DNA of 64,000 nucleotides from Styela clava (taxonomy: Eukaryota). A model generated the notes under the pieces. The model ran no database searches and was not told the DNA's origin. It worked only from the letters and a program-made list of their open reading frames with translations. Below, piece by piece: positions 1 through 14,673 of this stretch. The DNA lies in the NCBI RefSeq assembly GCF_964204865.1, contig NC_135262.1:9982001-10046000 (forward strand), in the 5' to 3' direction. Position 1 is the first letter of the stretch. Every line of letters begins with the position of its first letter. The translations under genes and the position numbers were made by a program.

Positions 1-3000
1 ACTTCACTTATCTGAGAGGTAAAATTACTTCTTTAGCTAGATGTTAAAATACAGTTCAAAGCCAAGTGTAAAAAACGAAACAATACTACGTGACTATAAG
101 TGACCCCAATGATTTAGCACAAAGATTTTGTTGCGAATATTGAAAGAAGAAACCATATAGTTAGGAATAAAATCTCGTATATATTATAATATTTTACGGA
201 CATTAGTAAATGCAAAAAATCTTCACTTTTTTAGTCGAGTTATTGCAACTTATCTTGTGAGTAAATACGGAACACAATGTGGACAACAACAACTTTATCC
301 AACAGACGTGGAAAAAAGAGCATTGGTTGACAAACATCTTTATATTGGGCTAGATGTATCAGATGCGATCGGTGCCTTTGTGGTGAGAAACATTTCGATT
401 TCACGATATATACCGGTAATTTACGATTTCCAACACGATTGTAACTGTTTATATCTATAGAACAGGGGGGTCCAAACCAATGCCCGCGAGCCACATGTGG
501 CCCGCCGCTTCATCATCAGTGGCCCGCGTCGCATTTGCGAGAGGGTGAAAAAAAATATGGCATTTGATGTTGTTTCGTCATTATAAAATAGCCAGAAAAA
601 TTGTGCGATCCCGAATCTGTCAACCTTGGACCACCCTGGTCTAGAACCTTGTCGCAATATTGGTATTGATTACAGGGATGGCTATGAATCGACAAGTGAG
701 CCATCCCAACAGGGATGGCGCACTTTATTCTTAACACTACAACAATATACCCGTTGATTGATATGCCACGCTCTATACTCACAATGCGATATTTTCAATG
801 TGTTATATACTATTCTTGCCACCTAAACGTTAGAGATGTACATTGACCCTAATGCAATATATCGTCTTTAACGGATTATCTCATTTAAAAAAAAGTGTTA
901 GGACACGGCAACAGTTTAATATTTTGCTTTGATGCACATACACCTCAGTGCTGTTAACATACTCACAGTTTTGTAACTCAAGTTCAAACAAGTTCGTTTT
1001 TCTAACCAGTTGAAATCAATCGTGCACTAACAAGAGAGATATGCCCAATTATATGGACATCGGGTTGCGCATAGGCGCCGATACGGTAACGCATGAAAAC
1101 ACCGGGTTTGCTGAAAATATCAGAGGGCGGTATACTTGCGAAAAGGGCAATTGTTTTCAAACCATAACAATCACTCCAACAGCAAGAATGAGAACAACAA
1201 AAATTTATCAAAGCATACATATATGTACACTTCTTGGTCAATTACGAGTAAAAAAATGATTACGTAGTTTCACTGAAAGCGAATGCCACTGGAGACAATA
1301 TCTGGTAATTTCGAAGCGACACCCAAGGCCTTGATATTTATTTGCATGGTATACTATCGGGAATTACAGTTTCGTAAAACTGTTATTGGCTGCGAAGTGT
1401 ACATATGAATCGATTTGTAAGCTATATATGAATTGATGGTGGGAAACACTAGATACTTGAAGCAAATGGAGTTACTTGAAACAATTTACAGTGTATGAGC
1501 AGCGACATTCTTTCATATTAACAGCTATCATATTAAGTACACCTCTATAATAAGTACATTACTTGCGTGCGCACCGCCCAATACTTATATATATATAGTT
1601 GAATATCCCTATTTTATGCATCCCAAAACTTTTGCGGAATTTTTTTTCTATTATGATCAAAGTTAGAAAAATGGTTGAAACGAAAAAAGCAATACCGAAG
1701 GATGGCCATGAAAACCTAAAATTTGTTGAAGTATAGACTACAGTAAATAGTTGATGCTGTTCCCTCATTACAAGCAAAAGACTAAGAATTTGGTACAAAT
1801 AAAAGAAGAAATAATCTGAAATTTAATGAATGAATAGCTCACAGAAGATGATTTCATCTGTACGATAGTAAACAGAAATCACACTGTAACGCGGTGTGCT
1901 TGTACTGTAGATTCGTCCGTCGAACACGGATTGCATATCAGAATACAACGTTTTAAAGGCGGAATAGAAGCAGGACATACTGCGCCAATCGCTAGCCCTT
2001 ATGTTTTAACCTCATGTGGAAAGAAACCTTGTTTGAGTTAACAAATGTTATTATTGTTGCTCGTACTGTTTCGAAATGTATTGCATTAAGCTTCAGTAAA
2101 AGTCGCATTTCCATAGCGACCTAGTCAAATCAATTATGCATGAGTTATTGTTGTCACATGTGAGCTTGAAATCCCTAGAGTGAGCTATAAATAGGATTGC
2201 TCTAACGTTATCTATTGACTTGCAAAATCTTTCCCATCGATGAGACCAAACTCATTGTATTTTATATTTATTTTGACGGCTTCCCTTCATACCACAAAAT
2301 ATATTTTTGGGGGTTTTGCCGCTAGGTGGCATACGCGTACATACATTGTGGAAGTTCCAGTGTGGTAATGAAATCCCTTTTCAACAGCCCTTTTTTTAAT
2401 TAAACCTTTTTTTCTATTGGTGAAATTCCCATAACCTATACGTTTTCGACAATCTTGAGTTGAATTAAACCAGTGTGTACATTCAAGTGTTGTCGCGTTA
2501 ATGATAGCTTGCAGCAATATCCAAAACTATGTTGGGTATATTTGAATGTATGATCGATGTATTTTGAGTTGTTCTTCAGGACATTCTGGGGCTTCTAACT
2601 TAGGCATCTTACCAATTGATATCTCGTTTCCGGGAATAATTTGATGAATAAATTTTAAATGTTTCATGAGTATTTGCTAAAAATAAAGCACATTATGCCT
2701 ATGGATTGTAATTTTTATGTAACAATATTTTTGACCGAAACATAATCTTTTTCAACGAACCAATGGCTTTAGAATATTCACGACGTGATGTTAGCGGGAG
2801 GTCAAACAAATTCAGAAAAGTTAACCGATGTTGAGAAATCTCTTATTTTGATCGAATCAAATTTGACCGAGAGTCCTTACGTAGCTTTGAAGCATTTAAC
2901 GTTGGCTGGTGAGTAGTCTTTATTCCAGAATTTTCGCAATCATAATTGACAAAACTGCTTCAAGCTCTTCACATTTATTAAACATATATATTGGATTTTA

Positions 3001-3725
3001 TTCCCGACAATTCATTTTATTATTCAACCATAGTCTGATATATTATGACTCGCGCTTTGGGAATTGGGACCTGGTCCCGAATACCCGGTATAACCTCATT
3101 TCTAAGCGGATGATTGTATAGAGCAGGTGTGCAACCTGAGGCCTGCGGGCCAAATGCGTCCCAGAGAAAATTGTGCGACCCTCGTGGAAGTGCCAATTAT
3201 GAATGGTGTGCCCGCGAAACGGGTTTATAATTTAGTTTAATCTGGTACATGCCAGTGATTCCAATACAATGCCTGTGGCGTTACAATCCGGCCTTCCTAG
3301 ATTAGGGGGTTGCAAACCCCTGGTATAAGGCTTTCTTTGATATCCATGTTGAAAAAATATAAAACCAACGTGTAATTTACGACTATATAGCAAATTAGAA
3401 AATGAATCGATATACTTATCGTAACCGCAACCTAATCGGGTAGAATTGTTCCCAGAAAGTAGAAAAAATACTACCTACTGCATTATTTCATTTAAATTTT
3501 TCAATTTACTTTCAAGACATTTTCTACTACATTGCGATACAACTGCTAACATTGACCAATTATGACGATTGGAATAAATATCCAAACATAGTGGAATGGA
3601 AAAAGAAAGTTGAAGCGATTCCATGCTACAAAAAAACCTTGGGTTCACCAGTTGATGACTTCCGAATCGTTTATCAAAAATCTCTTGAAGAAAATCAAAG
3701 GACAAGTAAGGAAGAAAAGAACTAA
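1..3725 (+). CDS. Glutathione S-transferase, theta/delta-like (GST-A), 5'-truncated by window edge
   Basis: Exons <1-18 (...LHLSE), 235-382 (SRVIATYLVSKYG...LYPTDVEKRALVDKHLY), 2773-2908 (...PYVALKHLTLA) and 3517-3725 (DIFYYIAIQLL...KYPNIVEWKKKV...KN*). All have GT-AG boundaries with compatible phases, and exons 2 and 3 (148/136 nt) match GST-B in length. ES and TxxD N-capping motifs are present. Confidence 0.88.
463..638. mobile_element. hAT-type MITE in GST-A intron 2
   Basis: Ends CAGGGGGGTCCAA...TTGGACCACCCTG, flanked by degenerate 8-mers ctatagaa/gtctagaa with central TA; internal GGCCCGC motifs. Confidence 0.6.
3124..3322. mobile_element. hAT-type MITE in GST-A intron 3
   Basis: Ends CAGGTGTGCAACC...GGTTGCAAACCCCTG, flanked by gtatagag/gtataagg (imperfect 8-bp TSD). 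Confidence 0.6.
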
Positions 3726-4739
3726 TGTATTAGCATAAATGCAAATTTGTAAATTGAATATTGAAATCATACAAAAAAATCGAGTCTCTACAATACAAAG
3801 TTTGGAATTCTCGTTTTAGGTGTTTAAGTTAGAGCAATTCATCGTAAATTTATGGAAAGAAGCGGACGCTCTGAGGAAAACATTCAGAGCTGATTAATTC
3901 CAAATTCCCCGTTAAAGTGGCGCTAAGTTTGCTATACTGGTTTATATGCTTGTTGCCAAACAGCAATTTTGCACCCCATTCCTTGGGTTAATCTTCTTGC
4001 CATTCTGTGGGTTGATGAAAAATGCAACAATACCTAAATTTTACTGCTTATACATACTATGTTTTCTAAAGAAATGAACGCTCTATGATGAGTACATAAA
4101 AAGCAAATCTAAATTATAAGTGTATATTTACTTTTGAGACACCCTGTTTAAGGGGAATCTTTCAGGGGTCAAGGATCAGAGAAACGTCCGTAGAGTATAT
4201 CGGTATGAATGACGCTACAATGTTTATGACATAACAATTTGAAGATGGAGTGGTTATATGGTCCAAATCGTCATTTGACTGGCCACCCCTGGCATATTGG
4301 GCTGCCATATTTCACAGCAAAATGTATATGGCGGCCGAACAAGACTGACAAGTGCAATGTTAATGTAAATACTTGTTCTTAAACAAGCGTACCATGGTAA
4401 AAGTGTTAATTAAAAGAAAGTAAGTACAACCAAAATGTTAAGCTAAACATAAGAGTAAAAAAGAGACATATGGATTCAGAGAAGGGAATTTGTAACTAAA
4501 GGCAGTGGGACATACAATTAATCTGTTAATTCATCGCAACTTAGCTATATAGTTTTACAAGTTTTCTTCAGAAAGTGTATAAAGGAAGGGGTCAGCAAAA
4601 TATTTTGTGAGTAGACAAGTCATATAAATGCTACTTTGCTGTTTATCCCTTACTTGGATGGTAGTGACTTTAAGTCGGCTGAAAACCGATCGTAGTTAGA
4701 TTCCCTTCCAATCTCTAGCATTATAAACGGTTTCGGTAA

Positions 4740-6560
4740 TTCATATGCACGGGAATTCGGGAAAATGGTACACAATTCTTCCAGAAATTACAATATTCCT
4801 ACGCTTACGGATCAAACTGGTGCTTCTGTGACGAGTAATAATGACAAGACAAATCTACCGGGGTCTACATTTCAAACAGCAAGTGGTATTGGAAAATACA
4901 ATAATTAGTTTTTGGATAGAAAAGGAAACGGCGAGTTAGTTATATACCAAGTAGTGGTAAATTTTAACCTCGAATATAAGAACTATCTGAATGTTCCGTT
5001 TACTATGCACGAATTAAAAACGTGCTCGAAACGCAATCTGGTTTCAGGGCGAATAGATCAACATTGGGGATTATTATCATTTTGCACGATGACATATACA
5101 AGGCTCATTCAAGCAAGCGATACGTAATTGCAGAGTATATTGATATTGAAAAAGCTTATGGTATCGTTTGGCGTGAAAGACTAATTTATAAACTTCAAAC
5201 CTTGGTATAAACGGTCGAATCTCATCTTGGATAAAGTCATTTTTATCAAACCGGTCTTTCCAAGTACGGGTTGGATCTACTTATCCTAACAGTTTTAAAT
5301 TGGAAAATGGGATTGTTCAAGTTGGCGTGATAAGTCCATTGCTTTTTACAATCATGATAAATGATTGTTCAAAAACATTTGCAGATGATTGCCAAAAAGG
5401 GAGATCGGTTTAAAATTAATAATTTTATATCGTATATCAAATGACATTAAATCAAATCAAGTCGTTGTGTCAGGCGTGGGAATTTAATATCTGAATGACT
5501 AAATCGTGTGCTGTATTATTTTCAAGATCACGTGAGCCTCCACCATTACATTTCTACGTTGTTGGACAATGATGGCCGGTCATATCTGAATATAAATACT
5601 TTGGCGTTATATTCGACAATAAGTTGACGTACAAAGCTCATGTAGAACATGTAACACACAAATGTGATAAAAGATTAAATCTGTTGAGAGTTTTGACAGG
5701 CCAAACAGGGGAGCTTACAAAGAAACCTTTCTTAAAATACACAGGGTCCTAATACGTTCAATAATTGACTACGGAATAGAAGCCTATTACTTTGCACCAA
5801 AGTATGTAATTAGAAAAATATCGCTAATACAAAATATATCTCTTCGTATTTGCTGTAGTGCTATGCCCAGCACACCGATCTGTTGTCAAATTAAATAAAT
5901 TTTGTCACCAACATGCTTGCATGAGGTATACGAGTAAAGTGTTATTGATTACGGGATATCCGAAAACCGACATAATATAAAGAACATGGCACGATCTTCA
6001 TCCAAAATCACCCTTATTTCAGACCTTCAACATGCTAACCACATCGGAGGTTCTTGGAAAATTTCGGTCAATTGTGCACCAGCTTTCCAGTCACCGCCTT
6101 GGGAAATGAAACCTCTAAATATTGATTAATCGCTTGCTAATATTACTTTAATTAATTAAAAACCGATCCCTTTCCTGTAAGTATAAGCATGTGATGAATA
6201 TATTACCGAGAATTACGGTCAATACTTATTAATTTATAAGGAACAAAGACGGCCCCAGGATGTGGTGGACAAAATGTTAAGTTTGTTCACAACTGAACTT
6301 TATGATGTATACAGAGCATTTACTTTGGATAGATTTGCACCGGCCGTCTCATGTTTTTATTTTAACCAATTGTCTGGGCCTTTTTCATAGATTAAGTAAA
6401 AAAAAATCTGTGGAACATATGCTTTTTTAAATAAAAACTATTCTATCTCCTCTAAGAAGGCAAATATTTTCATGGATTTCGCGTTCCCAGAACATGTTGG
6501 AATTGCTGGCAACGAAAAAGCAGACTAAACCACTACTAGATATCCCCCTATGTAAACATT
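4740..6560 (+). mobile_element. Decayed non-LTR retrotransposon (I-group-like LINE ORF2: RT + RNase H)
   Basis: Motifs occur in the expected order across broken frames: QSGFRANRST, YIDIEKAY (DxxKAFD), NGIVQVGVISPLLFTIMIND, FADD (~5378), KYFGVIFDNKLT, then RNase H VPEHVGIAGNEKAD (~6483-6525). Many stops and frameshifts; boundaries approximate. Confidence 0.85.
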
Positions 6561-6901
6561 TTAAACTCAACAAGGCATATGCCTTAATTAGTATTGTGAT
6601 ATATCTTTTTTAGTCATAAAATAATAGGTATAATACATGAGGTATACATGAAAATAAGACTTGTTACTCGGTTCCTTTAACTCAAACAAACTCAAATAAA
6701 CATCAATATCAATCACGGTAGATAATTGAGATAACAATAGAAACAACAGGTGAAACAACTAGAAACGTTTCCACTGGGTATTCTTAAAAATAATACTTGT
6801 AGAGACATTTCTCAAGCGAAAACTGACTCAATAATATGCAATATTTGATAATAGGTCTAATTCTCTCGTTTGGATCTATGAAGCTATTTCGTCAGTAAAC
6901 T

Positions 6902-8115
6902 TCATTCCTTCTTGCTTGACAGAACATGTTGATAATATTGACGAAATTTTGTCATCGGTTCGTCACATGTTTTCTTATGGTAGGGAAGAGATTGCATTTT
7001 CTTTTTCCATTCAACAACTTTTGGAAATTTATCGAACTCGTCAAAGTCAGTTAGCGATAGAAGTTGAATGGCGATGTAGTAAAAGAAATCTGCATGAAAA
7101 TAGTGAAACATTACTATTAGTGTGTGTCTATATATGCAATGGCCGGAATCTGGATGATGTATTATGAAAATCGTAAATAATTGCATTGTTTTCTCATATT
7201 TCTGGCACGAATCGAATCAAAATTAGTTCACAAAAACATAAATAGTTGAATCCGTTCAAATACTTCAACAGATTTTGCAAATTGTCCCAAAAAACTTCGG
7301 GCTTTGAATCAATATGTGTTTTTAGATAATTTGAAACGCAGGTACTTCGCCCTGGTCTCAACTTGCCCATATAATATATTTGAACAAATCTAACGAATAT
7401 ACCAAATCGTTATCACTTGCATTTGTTTGCACAAAAACTCTTTCGTTAACACCTTCACATATCTTACCGGCGATCGTTAGCTTATCTCCCGCCGTGTAGG
7501 CGTGGTCTTCCAACATGAATTCTATTGATCCGAGAGCGGCTTTCGCTTCATCAACTTTCTCCAATCTTGTTTTCTCTCCTCTGAACAAAACCCCGCCTAC
7601 GTTCTGAAAATGAGTATGTAATATAGCTTTGTGCGAAATTTTTGGGGTGTATTTAGCTTATAAAACGAAATCAAAATAACTCACCACATAAGCTTGAATC
7701 TGATCAAAAATATTTTCACCGATGTAGAGATGTTGGTCGATTTTTGCTCTTAGTTTAGATTCTTGTGGATAAAGGTATTGTTTCTTCTGTTGGGCACCGT
7801 ATTCACTTACAAGATAGGCCGCAATAGCCCGACTGTTAAAAAAATTCATTAAATTAATTTAGTAATACGTTTGGATATCTTACTGCCAACACTATATGCT
7901 ACGAATTACCTTTCTGCAAGACATAAGTCGCCATCTTTGATTGCCGGAACCTTTTGGCGAAAACTGATCTTTTTGTAGTCAGCAGTCTTGTGCTCGCCCT
8001 TTGAAATATCGACAATATGCTCATTATATTTGATTCCCAGTTCTTCCAAAGTCATCCAAACTGCACGCGATGGTGGACTTACAGTGAAATAGTAAAAATC
8101 AACGTTGCAAGACAT
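6902..8115 (-). CDS. Glutathione S-transferase, theta/delta-like (GST-B), intact
   Basis: Exons 8115-7910, 7832-7685, 7603-7468, 7089-6902. MSCNVDFYYFTVSPPSRAVW (catalytic Ser), KVPAIKDGDLCLAESRAI, AGDKLTIADF, FPKVVEW. Confidence 0.93.
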
Positions 8116-11100
8116 TGTTAATTTTTTTTATAATATTATACTAATATCGATGAAAACCTAAAAAATATTATAAAATTACTACCAAGCTTTTAAAATACTA
8201 ATCAGTATACAAATATATTCTAGAAACACTGCTAAGCAGATAAAAATTGTGACCAAGATTTATCGATTCATTCAACTTAAAAAATGGAATTGCTTTCCGG
8301 ACAAAATGACAATGCGCGGAGCTTCTAACAGCCTGTTATCTGAACCGAACTGTTATCTGAACTGAACTTTTGCATCACGCCCTCAACTGTAACTGCTGAT
8401 TTTTCATCGTATTTGTCCCAATATATACCATTTATCGCCCGATTCTAGAAGTTACAAAAATGCCTTCTCACATAAAGCTAGCGTGCAAATTATGCTTAGT
8501 CATTCTACCGAATGAAAAATTACAATGCTTTGGCTTCTGATATACCACGGATAAATAAGAGAAAAGATTTCGAGAGAAATAATAACAATTATAAACCTCA
8601 TACGACATTTCGTTTCTGGTTAGCACTTATTCACCTTATTAGTAAGTTTAAGGCATATTTTTAGTTTTGAAATATATAACCATTTTAATCAAAAGTTGCA
8701 GGTTCAATCCCAAGAATTGTCAAATTCCAACTTATTTAAAAGAACTTCATTTATTATTATGTATACAAAAAGATATCGATTATAACTCTGGCATTTAAAC
8801 AGTTGGCTGGTCACCACATAAAAACTATTTTAAGCTTAAGCTACTGCTAACAGTCCATCTAGTGACACTTCATTGCTCAAAGAGTGACACGTTTCTTGGG
8901 AAAATCAAATATTAAATCCACGATATACCACTTTAGAGAGAAAAGAGAGAATGCTAAATGGTGGCGAGTAAATTTAAAATTTTTGAAACCATGATTGCGT
9001 GGCATTCTTTCATTGAGGCATGTAGTGACTGATTCTATACAAAATTTGGATCGACACATACCAAGTTTGGCCGAAAATATTTACTTACCTATGGCGTTAA
9101 AGAAAATGATCAATTATCAGGCTTACGACTTAACTGATTGTATAATTTGAAAATTTATTTTTTTAGTAAATTCTTGTGGGCGGAAATTTTATAAGGTTAA
9201 TTTATGAAAACTTTGCAAATTTTCCATCCGAGTATACGGAATTAAGTGAAATTATCGTTGTCAAGTCGAAGTACTGATTTGCTCTACTAATGCGGTACTA
9301 ATTTGATTATTCCAATAGATTATGGTATGTTTTTAAACAGATTGTTTTTAAATGCTACAATATATATTTCTAGTAAGTTTGCTTAGTTAGAATGTTGTAT
9401 TGAACCAACTATACTATCAGAAAATTAAACCGCTGTGCAAACTTAGTTGAGCATATCGCGTTCTGCTCTTTGAGAATGGACACTTTTTAAACAAAGCGTC
9501 GGCGAAATATAAAGCGCTAATCATTCTTCCAGACATCCCCCAAAATGTATGTCGTTGTAGTATGAGTTGGCGAGATAATCAAGTAAAATACAAACTAAGA
9601 GATGGAAAAATTTCGTGGATTTTCTATACAACGTGATGTTTATGCTATCAGGCGTCGATACCATTTTATAGTATCAAATACAGGGGTGCATGACAATTTG
9701 CTACTCCGGTGGTATTATTCTTGTTCAATGGCATTTGAACCTTAGGATATTCTGCTGCGTGTATGCACACCCATCAAATTTCCCATTAATCATTTTGGTC
9801 GAAATGCATTTGCAAAAAATTTAACATTAAATCGTGCCATTGAGTGAGTTGAGACTTAAGAATTGGGACAATTGTCTATGTGTAGAAATAATTCTATGTT
9901 CTACATGCTTGTAATTCATGATGGACAAAAAAAATTATCTTTCAAAATTCAAACATCGTATTTGTAAAATAATACTCTCATTGGGCTACATATATCTACG
10001 TTATCTGAACGCCACTTTGAATTTTTAAAAATACATATAAAATAAGAGTGGTGTCAAAGAATCTTCTAGCAAAATTTTATTGTCCACTCACACACTACGT
10101 TGATAAATTTATGCAAAGTCATTGAAATCTGTTTTTAAAAATACGTCATGCATCAATTCATTATTGAGAAATTCAGAAGAAAACGCCTTGGGTCATTTAT
10201 CACAATGTGAAATGGTTTAGCCTCAACCGCATGGGAAGGCTGTGAATGAAACTGAAGAATGTTACGTAGTACCTAGCTCAAAGAAGCATTTCAAAATCTC
10301 GAGCCGTTAGTATCGTCTATATCTAACACTGGCGATTACGCGCAACTCGAGGGTGTATATATGCAGCCATATTATTCATACAAATCCAACTGATATGCGT
10401 GTACTGCCAAGCTTCCGTATTGGATAAATTCTTCAGAACGATTATTCACAAGTTCATGACAGGTAGTTTATGGCTGGCGTAAATACATTAAATTTTACAT
10501 GATATCCAAAACGATCGACGTTTGTTGTAATTGTCTTATCAATCAGTGACACTGGCATTTAGTAGGCGTACATGCAATTTCAGGATCGCGATTGTAACAA
10601 TCATATTCTCTAATTTATTGAACGTACCATCGCTCGTTTATTGTTATTATACAAGATTTGATATTTATGCTTGATGAACGTTGAAGCTCTTTTTGCGTAT
10701 CTATTTGTGTTAATATGACACTCGCCATTATATTATAAGAAACCGAAATAAACGAAACGCCGAAAAATGAAAGCAGTGAGTGTGTAACAGAATATTTTTT
10801 AAAATAGAAATTAGATTACTTTTGTAACTGTTTTTATTGGACTGTATATATATTTTGGTAGCATGTGCATAGCAAATTACCAACTCTATTGTAAAAAAAA
10901 AATTGAGTTTCAATCGCGGCATATGATGGTTACAATTCTTAAGAATCATCATTTTCAAAATATAAACTAAAATTTATCGTTTATTGAGTATTATTAATAT
11001 TTGAAGCAATGATAAAAAATAATAGTTACTGATAGCTTCAATAAAAAGATTGCCGTAAATTTGTCTAAATGTTCATTATTTCTCAAAAGTTGATGGAACT

Positions 11101-11525
11101 GTGAAAACTAGAGCCAAGTAACGTCTAATTTCATTTGCGTCGCATTGATTTATTTGATCAAACTGCCTATCCCACGTAGGACTTGGTCAAGTGACCGTTC
11201 ACATTTGACCAGTGGGTTTCATGTTCACGGGTCAGAGTATACACACAATACTATTCGGCTTAGTTTCTGGTAGAGGGAGTTTCGTTACATTAGAACTACT
11301 AAAGTATAATATTTCAATAAATGATACGCCTGAAAAATCCCTAAACATAGTGTTATTGTACTACTGATACGGCCAAAACCTAAACTGAAATAAAATATAT
11401 TTCGTATACACAAACATTTTCACTGAATGTCAATAAAGTTTAGTTTATTTCAATGCACGATAATATAGCAATTAATTTATTATTCAGAAAATTTGACATA
11501 ATTAGCAAAGAGTGACTTGACGTTT

Positions 11526-13310
11526 TTATTTTCTTTCTGGATTACTGGCTGATTTTGCACAATATTCCTTGTACAATTCTACGAACTCTTTTACACCCTT
11601 TGCGTGACATTCTTCGAAATAAGGTAATTTCATCAGGTCACTTTTCCATTTAGCAATAGCTGGATATTTCTTCCAGTCTGTATCTATGACTTCCATGCAA
11701 CTCACCGTAGTAAGAACGAAAAAGTCTAAAAAAAATCACAAAGCATGCTTTCGCATTCTACAAAAACGTCCATTATGCAATCCTGCCTTTTTGATCTACA
11801 TCCGCGATTCTCGAAGATGGCAATATCGGGGTGGAGATACAATATGAGCCGTATAGGAGCGATGGCGAATTTCAAATTTTGGCAAAAATGCAAAATGTTA
11901 TATAATGGTTCAGGAGCGCCAAGTTTTTTTAGCCAGAAGTATCGTTATTGAGAAGTCAGTTTCGTTCAGCCATTATATAATAAACTGAAACAAGTTGAAT
12001 TCTTTCATTTCCAATTTAGATTTGGAAATAAGGTTTTTTGATGCGACGGTATCAAAACTATCAAAGAAATTGCCTTCTCAACAGTAAATGAGTTATTTAA
12101 GATTGTAATTGACCACAATCTCTCCAAATATTAAAATGTCGTTGAAGATCATCACACATACCCATATCTTAAACAAAACACCTTGTACTATGTATGTAGT
12201 TTTCTTCGTTTTTTTTTTTTGATATTTTTAATATTAATATAAATACATTGTTGATTCATAATTTGAACGTTCAAACACAACAAAAACAGATGAAAATTTT
12301 CGCATACCAAGAAGGGTGAGGTGATTGCCAAAAACATATTGTTTTCCTGATAACAGCTTCTCGACTTCCTCCAGAACTGCGATTGCTTTCGGCAAAAGAT
12401 TTTCTTTCGGACCACTGGCGGTTCCGACAAATATTTCATCACCATTCTATAATGGATTGTTAATAAATTTCAAAGCCGTTGATAAGGATAATCAAAGAGG
12501 ATAATCTCTATGAAGATGGTGACAGTAACGAAAATGGCAAATGAGGCAAGTCAAGTATAGATAGAATGACGAAGAATATTTGATGAATACCATAAGTTGA
12601 TAGTTGAATAAACAATAATTTACCAAGTACTTTAACAGAGTCTGATAGTTGTCAATATCTCTGAACACCAATCTGTTGAAATTGGCAATCTCGGCCACTC
12701 CTGAGCAAGGATACAGTCTCTCCGCTTTGTCTTTCGGTTCATATTTGACGCAAAGATACATTGCAATTGCACGACTATTGAAAAATATCAAATAGTCATA
12801 TATATATATATAAACATATTTGTAATTGACTATCTTCAAATTAGAACATTAAACAATGACTACGTGTTACTATACAAAGCTATCAGCAACTGATAATATA
12901 TATTAATTGTAAAATGCTAATGTGCATTGATGCGAGTTTACCATAACACGATACAGCAGATTTCCTAAACCTATTTACTTATCGCAAAAAAAGTTTATAT
13001 GATTAGCCTTATACATTCCAAAAACATGCTTAGTCGAAATAAAATCAAGATCAACAACGCGATATCCACCAAACCAAAATCATTGACGACTCTTGGAATT
13101 GCACACTTACCTCTCCGATAAAGTCAAATCTCCATCTATTATAGCAGGAACAACTTTATACTTGTTTATGGCTGTATAAGCTTCTTTATTATTGTCCTCG
13201 GACAAAAGATCAACTAAATTTTCTTTGTGTGGAATGTTGAGTTCCTTTAGTACCATCCATACTACTTGCGACGGTGGGCTCAGAGGGTGATAGTAAAATT
13301 CAATTACCAT
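11526..13310 (-). CDS. Glutathione S-transferase, theta/delta-like (GST-C), intact
   Basis: Exons 13310-13111, 12774-12624, 12446-12308, 11725-11526. MVIEFYYHPLSPPSQVVW, VVPAIIDGDLTLSESRAI, FGNHLTLLDFF, YPAIAKW; open frame to TAA. Confidence 0.9.
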
Positions 13311-13971
13311 TTTTAGTATATTTTGAAAAAATTCTGTCCAATGAGAATAAGTCTGTACAGAAAAGTATTGCCTAAATGTCAGTGAATGTATTAACAAAGT
13401 TCCCAACAAATAAAAAAAAAAATATACTGAATATCAATTTACTGAATATTGATGAATTGCAGAAAAACAGCTCATTTTGGGTCTACTCCGACTAAAACAT
13501 CATCTGTGGCAAAGCGAACCGTGCGTCCACTTCGTGTGCAAAATATAAAGACTTGATGTTGCGAAAAGCAGTATTTTTGTCGCATTGCAAGAACAGCAGG
13601 TTAGTAAAAAAAAATGTTGTCAATTAAAATGAGTTCCAGAATGCGAGAATCTTGATCTACGGAAACCAATTCATTTGAAAACACAAACATGGAACTTGCA
13701 AACGTATCCCACCTGGGGTTTCCTTCATTGTATGCAGCAAAACTATTGAATATGTCATGAACTTTAAAATATAGCTCAAAAACTTTTTGCGACTGATGCT
13801 CAACGAATCTTTTACAGTTTGCCCTATCTCCAATGCCGAACTGTAGTTCAAGTATAAACACTGTTACGTCGAGCTAAGGGATATTAATTGTGATATTCGT
13901 TTGGGTGTCTTTAAGACTATTCAAAAACTACAAGGTTAATATTTGAAAGAGCGCAAATAAAGTCTATTCAT

Positions 13972-14231
13972 AGCGATGGCGTCCCAGTCACGAGGAAAGC
14001 TCAACTTATGAGAAATAGGTCATTTGTTTAAATAGTCAGCAAGAAAGTACGAAATATAAAGACTACAGACTTATTGCACAATTTTGATTTACGCTCGTCA
14101 AAGCGATGGCGTCCCAGTCACGAGGAAGTGTCAACTTAGGAGAAATAGGTCATTTGTTTAAATAGTCAGCAAGAAAGTACGAAATATAAAGACTACAGAC
14201 TTAATGCACAATTTTGATTTACGCTCGTCAA
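13972..14231. repeat. 130-bp direct tandem duplication upstream of GST-C
   Basis: agcgatggcgtcccagtcacgagg...acgctcgtcaa occurs twice head-to-tail (13972-14101, 14102-14231); single copy in the paralogous regions near 19212 and 22489. Confidence 0.9.
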
Positions 14232-14673
14232 AGAAGACTCTTAGAATACATCAAGCCACAATTATTTTATCAAATCGCAGTTTCATGCTAAAAAATTCGC
14301 AAGAAAAACAGCATTTTTGAAATATAAACTAAAATTTATTTATTATTCGATATTAATATTATTAGAAGCAATGGTATTGGTATACAACTATAATTACTTA
14401 TAATTTTAATAAAAAGATTGTCGTGAATTTGTCACGATGTTCATTATTCCTCAAACGTTGATGAAAATCTAAAATTAGTAATGGGTGAACTTTTTATATT
14501 TCAATAAATCTTACTTCCGAAAAATTATAAACCATATAGTGTTATCGTATTTATACCAGCCAAAACCTCAACTGAAATATATAATAGCCTCCATATACAC
14601 AAATATTTTGCTGAATGTCAATATAGTTTAATTTATTTCAATGTACGATAATATGGTATTTGCAATTATTTTA

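Noticed and set aside
8306-8365. ARE-like ATGACAATGC and tandem TGTTATCTGAAC (GATA) upstream of GST-B
   Set aside because: Short motifs expected by chance and not seen at equivalent positions in the other GSTs.
13311-13409. N-terminal extensions of GST-C/D/E in the ORF track
   Set aside because: They start at TTG; the ATG of MVIEF aligns with the starts of the other GSTs.
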